A stretch of DNA of 64,000 nucleotides from Candidatus Obscuribacterales bacterium (GCA_020054205.1 JAGVLS010000020.1:93223-157222), one strand, 5' to 3'. Shown: positions 32,026 to 42,864, counted from the stretch's first letter. Numbers and translations are program-made. Notes: a model not told the origin generated them from the letters alone.

Positions 32026-33933
32026 TTAGTTTAATTTGGCTGGTTGTTGAGAACTGGAGATATCTTGTAAAATATTCAATCTGACAGATTCTAGTTCTTC
32101 TTTGTCTAATTCTTTGCTTATATAATCGATGTATTTACTTTGCCATTCATGAAAAAGTTTAGCTATATCTGATAGGCAACACTGAGCTTGGCGAGCAGAT
32201 GCTAAGTCAAAACCAATTTCACCGGATAGTCCAATAGTAAACATCCTCAATTTTACAGAATATCCTTGACTTGACTGTAGACTTAAACGCAGGAATACTA
32301 CGTTTTGATCGATGCCAATTATATTCTCCACATTTTTTACTATTTGTTGAAATTTACCTATATGACCATACAAATCTGAATCAGGTACTTTAACTAAATT
32401 GTATGCCATCAGTCTATTTACTGCTATGGCAGTTTTGTAAGTGCTTATATCAGATAAGCGTTTAATAGTGGCACTTATTGAAGATAGTCCGTCAAATTCT
32501 TGATAAAGACATTTCATAGTATTGATTTCGGACTCATTCAATTTAGTCTTGTCATTTAGATCTTCTAAATTGTTGTTTTTTAGAATTTCCTCTGAGTCGG
32601 GGACTCGCTCTAAGACTGAATTAATGCCTTGAGGAAGTTTTTTCCAAATGGATTCAATTATGTCTGAGGCAAGAGCTGCATCAAGAAGAAGTTTGTCAAT
32701 TGGTAAATTTATTTGATAACTAGCTCCCATCAATTCAGGAGGTGGCTGACGTTCGATGAAAGCAAACACACCTTCTCTCCATGTAGAAACAAATTCAATA
32801 ATGGCTTCATTTCCTTTTAGTTTGCCTTGATTACAATGAGTCAATTTACCTTGAGAAAAAATGGCTCGAAAGTGCAAGCTTTGATATTCAACAGATAATA
32901 TACCTGTCTCTCTGTTATTGCATAGACTTTGTAAAATCCCAGCTGCATCAGTATTTCCAAGATAACCTGCCAGCGATTTAATTTTAGTTTCATCTTGTGT
33001 ATTACTTGTATTTTTGTTTTTAGGTGTTTTTTCTGGCTGTCCATAATAAGATAGATCTTGTAAAATAATTTCTAGCTGTCTTGAACTAATTAGATCATTT
33101 GCTACACATAAAGTACCAAGGCTAAAATGCCGCTTGTTTCTAACGTTACTTTCGTCAGCTAACAACTGTTCTAATCTTTCTTTATTCACCATATTTGTTT
33201 CAATAAGATAATTCTTTAAATCAAAAGTTATTTGATTACGGAAACTATGAACAAGAAAAGGAATTTTTGCAAAAATTGGGTAAATAGCGCCTATCTCATC
33301 TAAAGATCTTATTTCATCTAGACTTTCTTCAAAAGACATGTGCTCTGATAATCTTTGCACAATTGTACTTAAGGGCGTGTAATTATCGATGGCTGCTAAT
33401 AACAAATTTCTGTTTTTAGATGAATCCATATTAGCTTTTAGTTTTATGCCAAAATAAGTAAGAACGGGTGTAGACGATAATAGAATTTGTTCAGATAAGC
33501 TAGTATTATCTTGCAGGATTTGTGAATCTGTCCCTAGGAAATTTTCTATATTTTTCACTAAAGACGGAGAATAATCATAAACCTCACTAAAATTGTGAAA
33601 AACTAAAAGGCTGGTATGTCCAAGCCCTGAGTCTCTAACAATTGCTGTTGCTTTATCAGATCCGACAAATACTAATGTGCCTTGCAAATTTAACAAGTCT
33701 TTAGCTAGGCTAGTGGACTCAATTAATATTTCAGCAGGAAAAAAGAAACTATTTTCAAAAGTATCAACAATTATGGTATCAAATGAGCGCTTTTGCTGTT
33801 TTAGCTGATTAAGCTCATCAAGCAAATTTAAACTGTATTTCAATACTGTAATATTTTCTGGCAAAGTCTCATTAAGTAGCTTCGTAGAGCCTGAAGATTC
33901 TTGATTTTGGGTCATTGTGATGTCTTTAACCAC
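32026..33933 (-). CDS. PATAN (DUF4388) domain protein with GspE_N-like and wHTH-like segments
   Basis: LAGYLGNTDAAGILQSLCNNRETGILSVEYQSLHFRAIFSQGKLTHCNQGKLKGNEAIIEFVSTWREGVFAF matches the DUF4388 pattern closely. SLGTLCVANDLISSRQLEIILQDL resembles the T2SSE_N/MshEN motif. The start (GTG 33933 or ATG 33915) is uncertain. Confidence 0.65.
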   Translation of the reverse strand: MVKDITMTQNQESSGSTKLLNETLPENITVLKYSLNLLDELNQLKQQKRSFDTIIVDTFENSFFFPAEILIESTSLAKDLLNLQGTLVFVGSDKATAIVRDSGLGHTSLLVFHNFSEVYDYSPSLVKNIENFLGTDSQILQDNTSLSEQILLSSTPVLTYFGIKLKANMDSSKNRNLLLAAIDNYTPLSTIVQRLSEHMSFEESLDEIRSLDEIGAIYPIFAKIPFLVHSFRNQITFDLKNYLIETNMVNKERLEQLLADESNVRNKRHFSLGTLCVANDLISSRQLEIILQDLSYYGQPEKTPKNKNTSNTQDETKIKSLAGYLGNTDAAGILQSLCNNRETGILSVEYQSLHFRAIFSQGKLTHCNQGKLKGNEAIIEFVSTWREGVFAFIERQPPPELMGASYQINLPIDKLLLDAALASDIIESIWKKLPQGINSVLERVPDSEEILKNNNLEDLNDKTKLNESEINTMKCLYQEFDGLSSISATIKRLSDISTYKTAIAVNRLMAYNLVKVPDSDLYGHIGKFQQIVKNVENIIGIDQNVVFLRLSLQSSQGYSVKLRMFTIGLSGEIGFDLASARQAQCCLSDIAKLFHEWQSKYIDYISKELDKEELESVRLNILQDISSSQQPAKLN

Positions 33934-33996
33934 GCTTATACCAGGATAATAGCTATAAAGACTATTCCCCGTAAGAAAGTTAAACTAAACCCTTAA

Positions 33997-36663
33997 TTAA
34001 ACCGTCTCTAAAACTTTAAGCTGGGATTCTATGCTTGTTTTTTGCTTTTCTAAATCATTAAGCTGAGATTCAAGGGCGAGAACTTTATCTTGCGGCGCTT
34101 TTGTTTTAAAATCCTGATTTTCCAGTACTTGCTGTACTTTTTGCAAATCTTTCAATATAGAATCTTGCCTTTGAGTTAACTTTGTTTTGGTTTTGCTCAC
34201 GTCAATTAAATTAGCTAATGGCACATTAATGGTTATGGATGAAATAATTTCAGAAGCTTTTATGGAATCGTCTTTAAAAGCAGGTGGATTAATACTTAGC
34301 TTGCCTATGCGTGCTAATTTTTTGATAGTAACACTTTGATTTTCTATTAGTGACGTTTCTTCATTGTCGTTGGTATATATAGCGACATCAGCTTCAGCGG
34401 AGGCTGGTACATTGTATATCTGACGAATATTGCGAATTGCTCTTATTACTCTAATAATAATATCCATTTTTTTATTTGCATCATGGTCAATAAACCTTTC
34501 ATCACTTCGAGGGTAAGGTGCAAACATGATTGATTCAAATTCAGTAAAAAATTGTGATTTAGGTAAATGATCCCATAACTCTTCAGTTACAAAAGGCATA
34601 ATTGGGTGCAATGCACGCAATAGTCCTTCAAAAATAGTATAGAGTACATTTAAAGTTTGAGAATTGTTTTCACTTTGACTGGTTTGGATTTTAGAAATTT
34701 CCAAATACCAATCACAAAAATCATCCCAAATAAATTCAATAAAACCTTTTGCCATTTCGTTAAAGTCGTAATTATTTATTTGGTTGTTTAAATTTGTCAG
34801 CAGTGAAGCATAACGATGTAAAATAAAACGATCAGCAAGACTTAAATTGTTAGAATCAATAGCTTTGGGTTGATAATCACCTAGCTGAGTTAATACAAAA
34901 CGGCCAGCATTCCATAATTTGTTGACAAAACGTTTGTATTCATCCAGTCTATCTTCACGAAAACGAACATCTTGATCGCCTTTTACACCTAATGAGGCAA
35001 ACCAAAATCTGTTAGCGTCAGCACCATATTTTTCAATCATATCTATTGGATCAATAGCATTGCCTTTAGATTTAGACATGCGTTTGCCATCGGCTGTTTG
35101 AATAACCGGATGGATTAACACTTGTTTAAAAGGAATAGTACCGACAAATTTTAAACTAGTAAAAATCATGCGGGCTACCCAAAGACTAATAATTTCTCTA
35201 GCTGTTGAAAGCACTGTAGTTGGATAAAATGTTTTTAGTTCATTGGTTTTGTCAGGCCATCCTAAAGTAGCAAATGGCCATAAAGCAGAGCTAAACCAAG
35301 TGTCTAATACGTCATTATCTTGGCTCAATTCATTGTTATTACATTTCGGACAAGATGTAGGCGGTGTTTCGTAGGCATCAATATGTTTGCACTTAGTACA
35401 GGTCCAAATAGGAATGCGATGTCCCCACCATAATTGTCGACTTATACACCAATCACGTTCGTTTTTTAGTCTATCTAGGTAGGCACTTGTATAGCGCTCG
35501 GGAATAAAAACAATACGTCCTTCTTCAACAATATCAATTGCTGATTTGGCTAAATCTTTCATAGTCACGTACCATTGTTCGCTTAAATAAGGTTCTATTG
35601 CCGTGTGACAGCGTTCACAATGGCTAACTGCATTTGCATAATCTTTAATTTGATCGAGTAGTTGACTCTGTTCTAATTCTTCTATAATTGCTTTACGGGC
35701 AGAAAATCTTTCAATGTTCTGAAACTGTTGAGGAACAAGATCAGATTCTAAAAGTTTGCCATTAACACTTAATATAATTGGTTGTTCAAGTTTATGTTTT
35801 TGTCCAATTTCAAAATCATTTGCATCATGGGCAGGAGTAATCTTAAGAGCACCAGTACCAAATTCCATGTCAACATAATCGTCAGCAATAATGGGAATTG
35901 TTCTTGTTGTCAGAGGCAAAATAGCTTTTTTGCCAATATAATTTTTATAACGAGAATCTTTTGGATTGACAGCAACAGCAACGTCGCCAAACATAGTCTC
36001 TGGTCTAGTCGTTGCTACAACTATAAATTCATTTTTTGATTCTGCAATTTTATATTTTATGTGATAAAGATGCCCTTGTGTTTCTTCATGCACAACTTCT
36101 AAATCAGACAAACTGGTTAAACAGCGTGGGCACCAGTTAGTTACTCTATTGCCACGATAGATATAGCCTTCTTGGAATAAAATTTTAAAAGCTCGATATA
36201 TTGCTTTGACATAGTCTTCATCCATCGTAAAAGCAAGACGGTTCCATGTAAAGCTTACACCTAGCCGTTTATATTGCGCAAAAATATTATTGCCATACTC
36301 ATGGCGCCATTGAAAACAACGTTCAATGAATTTTTCTCTGCCCAAATCATGGCGGCTTTTACCTTCTTTTTTTAGTTGGCGTTCAACAACCATTTGTGTA
36401 GAGATACCTGCATGATCGGTGCCGGGCTGCCATAGAACGTTATAGCCTTGCATTCGTTTTGTGCGAATTAAAATATCTTGCAAGGTGCCATTTAAAGCAT
36501 GTCCCATATGTAAATTACCAGTGATATTTGGCGGAGGTAAAGCTGCTGAAAAGGTAGGTCTGTCCTTTTTTACTTCCAGGTTGAAAAGCTCTTCCTCAAA
36601 CCAATATTTAGTCCACTTGGATTCAATATCATTAGCGTTATAGGCACCAGTTATTTGAGACAT
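33997..36663 (-). CDS. valS: Valine--tRNA ligase
   Basis: HIGH motif PPPNITGNLHMGHALN, KMSKS motif KRMSKSKGN, C-terminal coiled coil. The start is placed at MSQITGAYNANDIESKW (ATG at 36663) rather than the upstream ORF-track start. Confidence 0.95.
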   Translation of the reverse strand: MSQITGAYNANDIESKWTKYWFEEELFNLEVKKDRPTFSAALPPPNITGNLHMGHALNGTLQDILIRTKRMQGYNVLWQPGTDHAGISTQMVVERQLKKEGKSRHDLGREKFIERCFQWRHEYGNNIFAQYKRLGVSFTWNRLAFTMDEDYVKAIYRAFKILFQEGYIYRGNRVTNWCPRCLTSLSDLEVVHEETQGHLYHIKYKIAESKNEFIVVATTRPETMFGDVAVAVNPKDSRYKNYIGKKAILPLTTRTIPIIADDYVDMEFGTGALKITPAHDANDFEIGQKHKLEQPIILSVNGKLLESDLVPQQFQNIERFSARKAIIEELEQSQLLDQIKDYANAVSHCERCHTAIEPYLSEQWYVTMKDLAKSAIDIVEEGRIVFIPERYTSAYLDRLKNERDWCISRQLWWGHRIPIWTCTKCKHIDAYETPPTSCPKCNNNELSQDNDVLDTWFSSALWPFATLGWPDKTNELKTFYPTTVLSTAREIISLWVARMIFTSLKFVGTIPFKQVLIHPVIQTADGKRMSKSKGNAIDPIDMIEKYGADANRFWFASLGVKGDQDVRFREDRLDEYKRFVNKLWNAGRFVLTQLGDYQPKAIDSNNLSLADRFILHRYASLLTNLNNQINNYDFNEMAKGFIEFIWDDFCDWYLEISKIQTSQSENNSQTLNVLYTIFEGLLRALHPIMPFVTEELWDHLPKSQFFTEFESIMFAPYPRSDERFIDHDANKKMDIIIRVIRAIRNIRQIYNVPASAEADVAIYTNDNEETSLIENQSVTIKKLARIGKLSINPPAFKDDSIKASEIISSITINVPLANLIDVSKTKTKLTQRQDSILKDLQKVQQVLENQDFKTKAPQDKVLALESQLNDLEKQKTSIESQLKVLETV

Positions 36664-36999
36664 CAAAATACCCTGTATCGAATGGCAAATAGCAAGCAAA
36701 ACCAATGTTTGGTCCATTGATTTACTTGTCAAAGTAAATCTGATTATATCTCATTTATGAGGTAGAAATAAAAGGTAACAAAGTCTGCCGCTTATGCTTA
36801 TTCTTTAATTACTCTAAGACAATGGGTTAGTATGCTTTAGTCATTAAAATGAGTTCGTCCATTTTCATGTAATGAAAAGAAAAGCTGTGAAATACTGGCT
36901 ACTTGAGATGATAAAATCAGCTTGGCCAAAGCAATTCTGCTTGACGTCTTAGAATGCTTTAAGTTAAATATGGCAGTCAGGCTCAATTAGGAAAACAAA

Positions 37000-37560
37000 A
37001 TGATATCTAGCAATGATTTTCGTACTGGTGTAACGATTCAATACAACAATGGTCTATGGCAAATTGTTGAATTCCAGCATGTAAAGCCGGGCAAAGGATC
37101 GGCTTTTGTAAGAACCAAAATGAAAAATGTAGAAACAGGTAATACTCTAGAAGTTACTTTTAGAGCTGGAGAAAAATTACCAACTGCATCAATTGAAAAA
37201 AGTGAAATGCAATATCTCTATAAAAGTGGTGATCATTACACCATGATGGATGCTGTCACTTACGAACAAATTGAACTAGCAGAAGCACAAATAGGTAGTG
37301 CTGTAGAGTTTCTTAAAGAAGGCTTAGAAGGCATACTAATATTAAGATATGATGGCAGAGTAATTGGAGTGGACTTGCCTAATACTGTTGAATTAGAAGT
37401 GAAAGAAACAGCTCCAGATGAGCGTGGTGATACAAGCTCAGGTGGTGGCAAACCAGCTACTTTAGAGACAGGTGCAATTATTACTGTGCCGTTTCATTTA
37501 AAAGTAGGCGATAAAATAAAAGTGGACACGAGAAATAGAAAATATATTACCCGAGTATAG
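37000..37560 (+). CDS. efp: Elongation factor P
   Basis: MISSNDFRTGVTIQYNNGLWQIVEFQHVKPGKGSAFVRTKMKN is the canonical EF-P N-terminus. Confidence 0.95.
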   Translation: MISSNDFRTGVTIQYNNGLWQIVEFQHVKPGKGSAFVRTKMKNVETGNTLEVTFRAGEKLPTASIEKSEMQYLYKSGDHYTMMDAVTYEQIELAEAQIGSAVEFLKEGLEGILILRYDGRVIGVDLPNTVELEVKETAPDERGDTSSGGGKPATLETGAIITVPFHLKVGDKIKVDTRNRKYITRV

Positions 37561-37580
37561 TTATTATAAGGTGGCAATAA

Positions 37581-38069
37581 GTGAAAATTGATCTTGATCA
37601 AGTTCGTGAACTATTAGCTGTAGTCAGTCAAACAGACATTACAGAACTAAGTATCGAATCTGGCGATCAAAAAATTACAATTAAAAAGCCAGTGGCTGGG
37701 CAAGTTGCTGTGGCTACTACACATGTAGTAGCTGGTGCAAATCCATTAACAAATATGCCTGCGCTAACAACAACAGCGGTAAAAGAGCCAGAAACAGCTA
37801 ATGGCGCTAATAACGGTAGCAATGGCTGGGTAGCAATTAATTCTCCTATGGTAGGGACATTTTATCGATCTCCTTCGCCTACAGCTTCTCCTTTCGTTGA
37901 TATAGGTGATGTTATTTCAGTTGGCCAAACTATTTGTATCATTGAAGCTATGAAATTAATGAATGATTTACCAGCAGAGATATCTGGACGCATCGTTAAA
38001 ATTTGTGCTGAAAATGGGACCACAGTCGAGTACGGTCAACCTCTCTTTATGATAGATCCAAATGGTTAG
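37581..38069 (+). CDS. accB: Acetyl-CoA carboxylase biotin carboxyl carrier protein
   Basis: Biotinyl-lysine motif IEAMKLMN near the C-terminus. GTG start after AAGGTGG. Confidence 0.9.
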   Translation: MKIDLDQVRELLAVVSQTDITELSIESGDQKITIKKPVAGQVAVATTHVVAGANPLTNMPALTTTAVKEPETANGANNGSNGWVAINSPMVGTFYRSPSPTASPFVDIGDVISVGQTICIIEAMKLMNDLPAEISGRIVKICAENGTTVEYGQPLFMIDPNG

Positions 38070-38074
38070 GTTAG

Positions 38075-39430
38075 ATGTTTGAAAAGGTTTTGATTGCAAA
38101 TCGTGGAGAGATTGCCTTAAGAGTTATTAGGGCATGTCGTGAAATGGGAATTCGCACTGTTGCTGTTTATTCTCAAGCCGACTCTGAATCTTTGCATGTA
38201 AAACTGGCAGACGAATCATTTTGTATTGGTCCTAATCCAGCCACACGCAGCTATTTGCATATTCCAGCAATTATCAGCACAGCGGTTCTAACTGGTGCTG
38301 ATGCTGTGCATCCGGGTTACGGCTTTCTAGCAGAAAATGCTAATTTTGCTCAAATATGTGCTGATCACAAAATCAAATTTATTGGACCATCAGTATCAGC
38401 AATAAATTCTATGGGAGATAAATCACAAGCTCGCAAGACCATGCTTGCTGCAGGGGTTTCTGTTGTTCCTGGTACACCAGGATTGGTTGATGATGAGCGT
38501 GAAGCATATGCTATTGCCAAAGAAATAGGATATCCAGTCATAGTCAAAGCTACAGCCGGTGGTGGTGGCAAAGGAATGCGTATTGCTAATGATCAAGTAC
38601 AACTTGGTCGAGCAATTGCCTCTGCTCGCAGTGAAGCCCAAGCTGCATTTGGTGATGGTGGTGTTTATATAGAAAAATATTTAAAGCCAATACGACATAT
38701 TGAAGTGCAAATAGTAGCTGATCAACATGGGAATTGCGTTCATCTGGGTGAAAGAGATTGTTCTATACAAAGACGTCATCAAAAACTTTTAGAAGAAGCA
38801 CCTAGTCCGGTAATAAGTGACAAGATTAGAGAAGAAATGGGAAAAGCAGCAGTGAAAGCTGCTTTAAATATCGACTATGAAGGTGTCGGTACAATTGAAT
38901 TTATTTTTGCTGATGGCAAATTTTATTTTATGGAAATGAATACTAGAATTCAGGTAGAACATCCTGTCACAGAAATGATTACTGGGTTTGATCTTATTAA
39001 AGAGCAGATTGCTGTGGCGTATGGCGAAAAATTGTCCATAAAACAATCCCAGGTGAAATTCAATGGACATGCAATAGAATGCCGTATTAATGCAGAAGAT
39101 CCTGAGCGTAATTTTTTACCATCTGCTGGCAAAATTGATGCTTATATAGCTCCTGGTGGACCAGGAGTAAGAGTAGATAGTCATATGTATCCTGGGTATG
39201 TAATACCACCATATTATGATTCTTTATTGAGCAAGCTTATAGTTTGGGGAAATACTCGTGAAGAAGCTATAGCCCGCATGCAGCGTACACTTGATGAATA
39301 TGCAATTACGGGTATTGCCACTACAATTCCTTTTCATCAAAAAGTACTATCAAATCCTTATTTCCTAAAAGGAGATGTTACAACCGATTTTATTGAAAAA
39401 CACATGCTGGTTCAAAAAGTTGCAAAATAA
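38075..39430 (+). CDS. accC: Acetyl-CoA carboxylase biotin carboxylase subunit
   Basis: [29 protein letters not shown]-grasp [22 protein letters not shown]. Confidence 0.95.
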   Translation: MFEKVLIANRGEIALRVIRACREMGIRTVAVYSQADSESLHVKLADESFCIGPNPATRSYLHIPAIISTAVLTGADAVHPGYGFLAENANFAQICADHKIKFIGPSVSAINSMGDKSQARKTMLAAGVSVVPGTPGLVDDEREAYAIAKEIGYPVIVKATAGGGGKGMRIANDQVQLGRAIASARSEAQAAFGDGGVYIEKYLKPIRHIEVQIVADQHGNCVHLGERDCSIQRRHQKLLEEAPSPVISDKIREEMGKAAVKAALNIDYEGVGTIEFIFADGKFYFMEMNTRIQVEHPVTEMITGFDLIKEQIAVAYGEKLSIKQSQVKFNGHAIECRINAEDPERNFLPSAGKIDAYIAPGGPGVRVDSHMYPGYVIPPYYDSLLSKLIVWGNTREEAIARMQRTLDEYAITGIATTIPFHQKVLSNPYFLKGDVTTDFIEKHMLVQKVAK

Positions 39431-39491
39431 ATGACAACATTGTTTTTGTATTTGCTAAAATATTCATTTATGGATAGATTTAGGTGAAGGT

Positions 39492-39563
39492 GGCTCCGTA
39501 GCTCAATGGTGGAGCAAGCGACTCATAATCGCCAGGCTACAGGTTCGAATCCTGTCGGAGCCA
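39492..39563 (+). tRNA. tRNA with CAU anticodon: elongator Met or lysidine-dependent Ile2; not an initiator
   Basis: Acceptor GGCTCCG/CGGAGCC (G1-C72, so not fMet). Anticodon loop CTCATAA. The anticodon stem GCGA/TCGC is, from memory, the same as in E. coli ileX. T-arm ACAGGTTCGAATCCTGT. Confidence 0.85.
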
Positions 39564-39673
39564 ATTTTATTTGTACAAACCTACTTTACACAGCTCCAGG
39601 CTATTAATGTAAAACTAGCTCAGCGAGCTAAAATATTCAGACAACAGAAGCAGTTAAGGGGTATCACTTGAAA

Positions 39674-40273
39674 ATGAAAACAAAAATTTTACTAGGGACA
39701 ACTTTTTTAGCTATGCTTTTTGTGGCTATATTTAACTACTCAATTAGTGCAACGGCTAAAGACATTGACAAATCGCTTGTTGCAAAGAAGGGGAATATGA
39801 ACACTTTAGATCCAACTGTAGTAATAGAAACTACTAAAGGCACAATTAAAATTAAAGTATTTAAGAATGAAGCACCAGTTACTGCCGGTAATTTTTTAGA
39901 TCTTGTACAAAAAGGATTTTATAACGGACTGACTTTTCATCGTTATGAGCCAGGTTTTGTAATTCAAGGTGGAGATCCTCAAGGAACAGGTACAGGTAAT
40001 TATGTTGATCCAACAACAAATAAAACCCGTTATATTCCACTAGAAATTAAGTCAGGTTTGAAGCATGATGCAGCTGGTATTGTTGCTATGGCTAGAGCAA
40101 ATGATCCAAATTCTGCTAGCTGTCAGTTTTACATTACTCTTGCTCCAGCATCATTTTTAGATCAAAAATATGCAGTGTTTGGCAAAGTAACTGAAGGTCT
40201 ACAAGCTGTAATGCAATTACGGCAAGGCGACAAAATGACTAAAGTTACAATGCAAGAAGCAGTAGCACGATAG
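39674..40273 (+). CDS. ppiB: Secreted cyclophilin-type peptidyl-prolyl cis-trans isomerase
   Basis: Signal anchor, then [21 protein letters not shown] and [21 protein letters not shown]. Confidence 0.9.
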   Translation: MKTKILLGTTFLAMLFVAIFNYSISATAKDIDKSLVAKKGNMNTLDPTVVIETTKGTIKIKVFKNEAPVTAGNFLDLVQKGFYNGLTFHRYEPGFVIQGGDPQGTGTGNYVDPTTNKTRYIPLEIKSGLKHDAAGIVAMARANDPNSASCQFYITLAPASFLDQKYAVFGKVTEGLQAVMQLRQGDKMTKVTMQEAVAR

Positions 40274-40320
40274 TAAATGAAAAAGGCAATCAGAAAATTC
40301 TGGACCACCGAATAACATAT

Positions 40321-40379
40321 AATTCCCTTTCTTGTTAGCTATTTCTCTTATGGAAAAGAAATAGAAATTAGGGGGAATT
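40321..40379. terminator. Nested hairpin between the convergent ppiB and ftsX genes (candidate bidirectional terminator)
   Basis: Outer stem AATTCCC(40321-40327)/GGGAATT(40373-40379). Inner stem CTATTTCT(40339-40346)/AGAAATAG(40357-40364). Confidence 0.45.
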
Positions 40380-40390
40380 GTTGATGTAAT

Positions 40391-41260
40391 TTAAATTTTA
40401 ATGTATTTACCTGATGTCCAAGCGCCGCCACTAGCGCCAACAGAAACACCCAGCAATAATAAAATAATAAATGTCGGTAGCATAAATGCGTTTAAATCAC
40501 TTGGTAAAAATGGCATAAAAGCAAATAATTGGCTGTGCACATATGGATCAACATAAAAATGCATAACCAAAATAAGCAATGTAGCAGCTAATGATGCAAC
40601 CATGCCATATGAAGCACCTTGCAAAATTAATGGACCTTTTATATACCAAGGACTAACACCCATTAAGCTTAAAATTTCGATTTCTTGTTGTCTTGCTTGA
40701 ATAACAAGATGGATTGTATTGCCAATGACAGTCAGTGTGGCAAATGTCAAAGCTGCTGTAACTACAACACCAGCTATTTCTAAAAATTGGCGAAATTTGT
40801 TAATGCTTCGAGCGACTTTTAGTGGATAACGAATATGTTCTATCTTAGAAATACTCTTGAGTCTAAGTGCTACTTTTTCTACACTATTAGCTGATGTAAC
40901 TTTTATATGCAAAGTATTTGGTAATGGGTTATTTATAGCGGCGACTTTAAAAGTTGTTTGCATTTCTTGCCAGGCAATATCTTTAGGGACAATTTCTACT
41001 ACTTGCACATCAGGAATTTGGCTTACAACTTTTGCTATTTTATTTGGGTCGCAATTGTCTTTTAAATAAGCAGAAATTTCAAGTTGTGATCCCCATGAAT
41101 TTACAACTTCTTTTAAGACCATAGTAAATTGAAGAATAGTACCAAATATAACTAGGGCAATAGCTAATATGCTTACGACAAGCCAATTTGACCAGCCGCT
41201 ACGTTTGAGTCCAATGCCAGTTTCTACAAATACTCTAGATAATATGCGCAATTGACGCAT
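40391..41260 (-). CDS. ftsX: Cell division permease FtsX
   Basis: 289 aa with the 1 TM - periplasmic domain - 3 TM topology. Lies immediately downstream of ftsE (3-nt gap). Confidence 0.8.
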   Translation of the reverse strand: MRQLRILSRVFVETGIGLKRSGWSNWLVVSILAIALVIFGTILQFTMVLKEVVNSWGSQLEISAYLKDNCDPNKIAKVVSQIPDVQVVEIVPKDIAWQEMQTTFKVAAINNPLPNTLHIKVTSANSVEKVALRLKSISKIEHIRYPLKVARSINKFRQFLEIAGVVVTAALTFATLTVIGNTIHLVIQARQQEIEILSLMGVSPWYIKGPLILQGASYGMVASLAATLLILVMHFYVDPYVHSQLFAFMPFLPSDLNAFMLPTFIILLLLGVSVGASGGAWTSGKYIKI

Positions 41261-41263
41261 GAA

Positions 41264-41953
41264 TTAACTTTTTGCCTCCAATTCGTATAAACCACTATCT
41301 ACATCGGATACAATTTGTCCTTTACTTAAGCTTATTACTCTACGTCTTAAAGCATTTACTATTAACTGATCGTGTGTAGAAATAAGCACTGTCGTGCCTC
41401 TTTGGCTGATTCTTTCTAGAAGCTGAACAATTTCTAGAGATGTATTTGGATCAAGATTACCCGTAGGTTCATCTGCTAAAAGCACTGGTGGACCATTTAC
41501 AATTGCTCTAGCGATACCTACTCTTTGTTGTTCGCCTCCAGATAATTCGTCAGGAAAATCTTGAGATTTGTCTTCGAGATTTACTACGCAAAGGGCTGAG
41601 CTTACACGTCTTTGTACTTCGTTTTCTGGAACACCTAAAGCACGTAATATATATGCAACATTTTCAAAAACTGTTTTGCTAGCCAATAATTTATAGTCTT
41701 GAAATACAATACCTAATCTACGTCTAAGCAGAGGTACTTGTTTGTTGGTCAAACGTGTGAGGTTAATACCACCTATCATTACTGTGCCACGATTAGGGGT
41801 TTCTTCACGGTAAAGTAAGCGCATCAGGGTGGATTTACCTGCACCAGATGGTCCAACTAAAAAAGCAAATTCGCCTAATCCAATTGAGAGATTGATGTTT
41901 ACTAGTGCTGGGCGTCCGCCATACTCTTTATAAACATTTTGTAGTTGAATCAA
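41264..41953 (-). CDS. ftsE: Cell division ATP-binding protein FtsE
   Basis: Walker A GPSGAGKST, signature LSGGEQQR, Walker B LLADEPTGNLD. The start is placed at TTG 41953 (MIQLQNVYKEY), 6 nt after GGAG. The track's GTG at 41983 would run through an upstream hairpin. Confidence 0.9.
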   Translation of the reverse strand: MIQLQNVYKEYGGRPALVNINLSIGLGEFAFLVGPSGAGKSTLMRLLYREETPNRGTVMIGGINLTRLTNKQVPLLRRRLGIVFQDYKLLASKTVFENVAYILRALGVPENEVQRRVSSALCVVNLEDKSQDFPDELSGGEQQRVGIARAIVNGPPVLLADEPTGNLDPNTSLEIVQLLERISQRGTTVLISTHDQLIVNALRRRVISLSKGQIVSDVDSGLYELEAKS

Positions 41954-41977
41954 GAAAAGCTCCAATAAAACAGTGAA

Positions 41978-41998
41978 AAACACTAATAATCAGTGTTT
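41978..41998 (-). terminator. Small hairpin between the DUF721-like gene and ftsE
   Basis: AAACACT-GATTATT-AGTGTTT on the minus strand, followed by TTTCACTGTTTTA. AT-rich and weak. Confidence 0.25.
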
Positions 41999-42018
41999 GA
42001 ACCATGATAACACAGTAG

Positions 42019-42714
42019 TCATTTAGATTGTAAATAGCAAACAAAACAAAGATTTTTATTGTCATTATTAAGTCTATGCAATCTTTCCGTGGGATTATTG
42101 CACAAACTACATACTGGATAGCCATTGATTCTTTGCCAATAACTTAGCTTAAGAGCTCTTTCAAATGATTTTTTAATTCTGTCCATAAGTGCATTATCTG
42201 AACTGTTAATAATATTATCGGAGGAAAGCTTAGTTTCTTGTAATTTTGTAATCATTTCTTTTTCAAATAAAGAAAGTTCTTGTTTTTGAGATTCTGACAG
42301 AGTCAATAAATCCAAATCTTCTTTACTGATTTTTGGCAAATCTGGAGTAGAAATTTCTAAATTATTCAAATCAGAATTTTCTTGATTATTATTTGCATGA
42401 AAATGTTTTAGATCAAAACGAATTCCTTTTATTTCAAGATCGAGCGCTATAGCAGTTGAATTTAGTTGTTTCAATAATTGTCTTTTTTGCATGCTTAGCT
42501 CTTGGGCAATAACAGCGTCAGAGGCTGTTATAACTAAATTTGATTCAGAGTCTATAAACAAAGGGCGACTTTTCTGCGCAATAATTTCACTGACATAATT
42601 CGGCCACATATTCATAAGAGTGTGTTCACGCAGTCTTTTATCAAGTCCTAGATTTGCTACTACTTTATTGAGAATGTGATTTATGCCCCTAAAAGAAGGG
42701 CTTTTGTTTTTCAT
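42019..42714 (-). CDS. DUF721 (DciA-like) protein with long C-terminal extension ending in a Cys4 zinc ribbon
   Basis: The N-terminus INHILNKVVANLGLDKRLREHTLMNMWPNYVSEII..LVITASDAVIAQELSMQKRQLLKQLN fits the DUF721 pattern. The C-terminus has CSLCNNP...CFVC. Confidence 0.5.
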   Translation of the reverse strand: MKNKSPSFRGINHILNKVVANLGLDKRLREHTLMNMWPNYVSEIIAQKSRPLFIDSESNLVITASDAVIAQELSMQKRQLLKQLNSTAIALDLEIKGIRFDLKHFHANNNQENSDLNNLEISTPDLPKISKEDLDLLTLSESQKQELSLFEKEMITKLQETKLSSDNIINSSDNALMDRIKKSFERALKLSYWQRINGYPVCSLCNNPTERLHRLNNDNKNLCFVCYLQSK

Positions 42715-42864
42715 ATGATGAACTTGATGTAAGAAGCTAAATTATGTATGTGAGTTAAAAGTTTAGGTCTTACTTGAAGAGAAATCAATAAATAGTAAGA
42801 GACGTTTTTTATTACTAACTCAGTTAGGTTATAATCTGCCTGATAAGTAATTAGGTTATAGCAA

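Noticed and set aside
36664-36999. T-box or other leader upstream of valS in the 336-nt divergent spacer with efp
   Set aside because: I could not find the conserved T-box sequence (AGGGUGGNACCGCG-like) or a specifier/antiterminator arrangement on the valS strand. Only short AT-rich hairpins are present.
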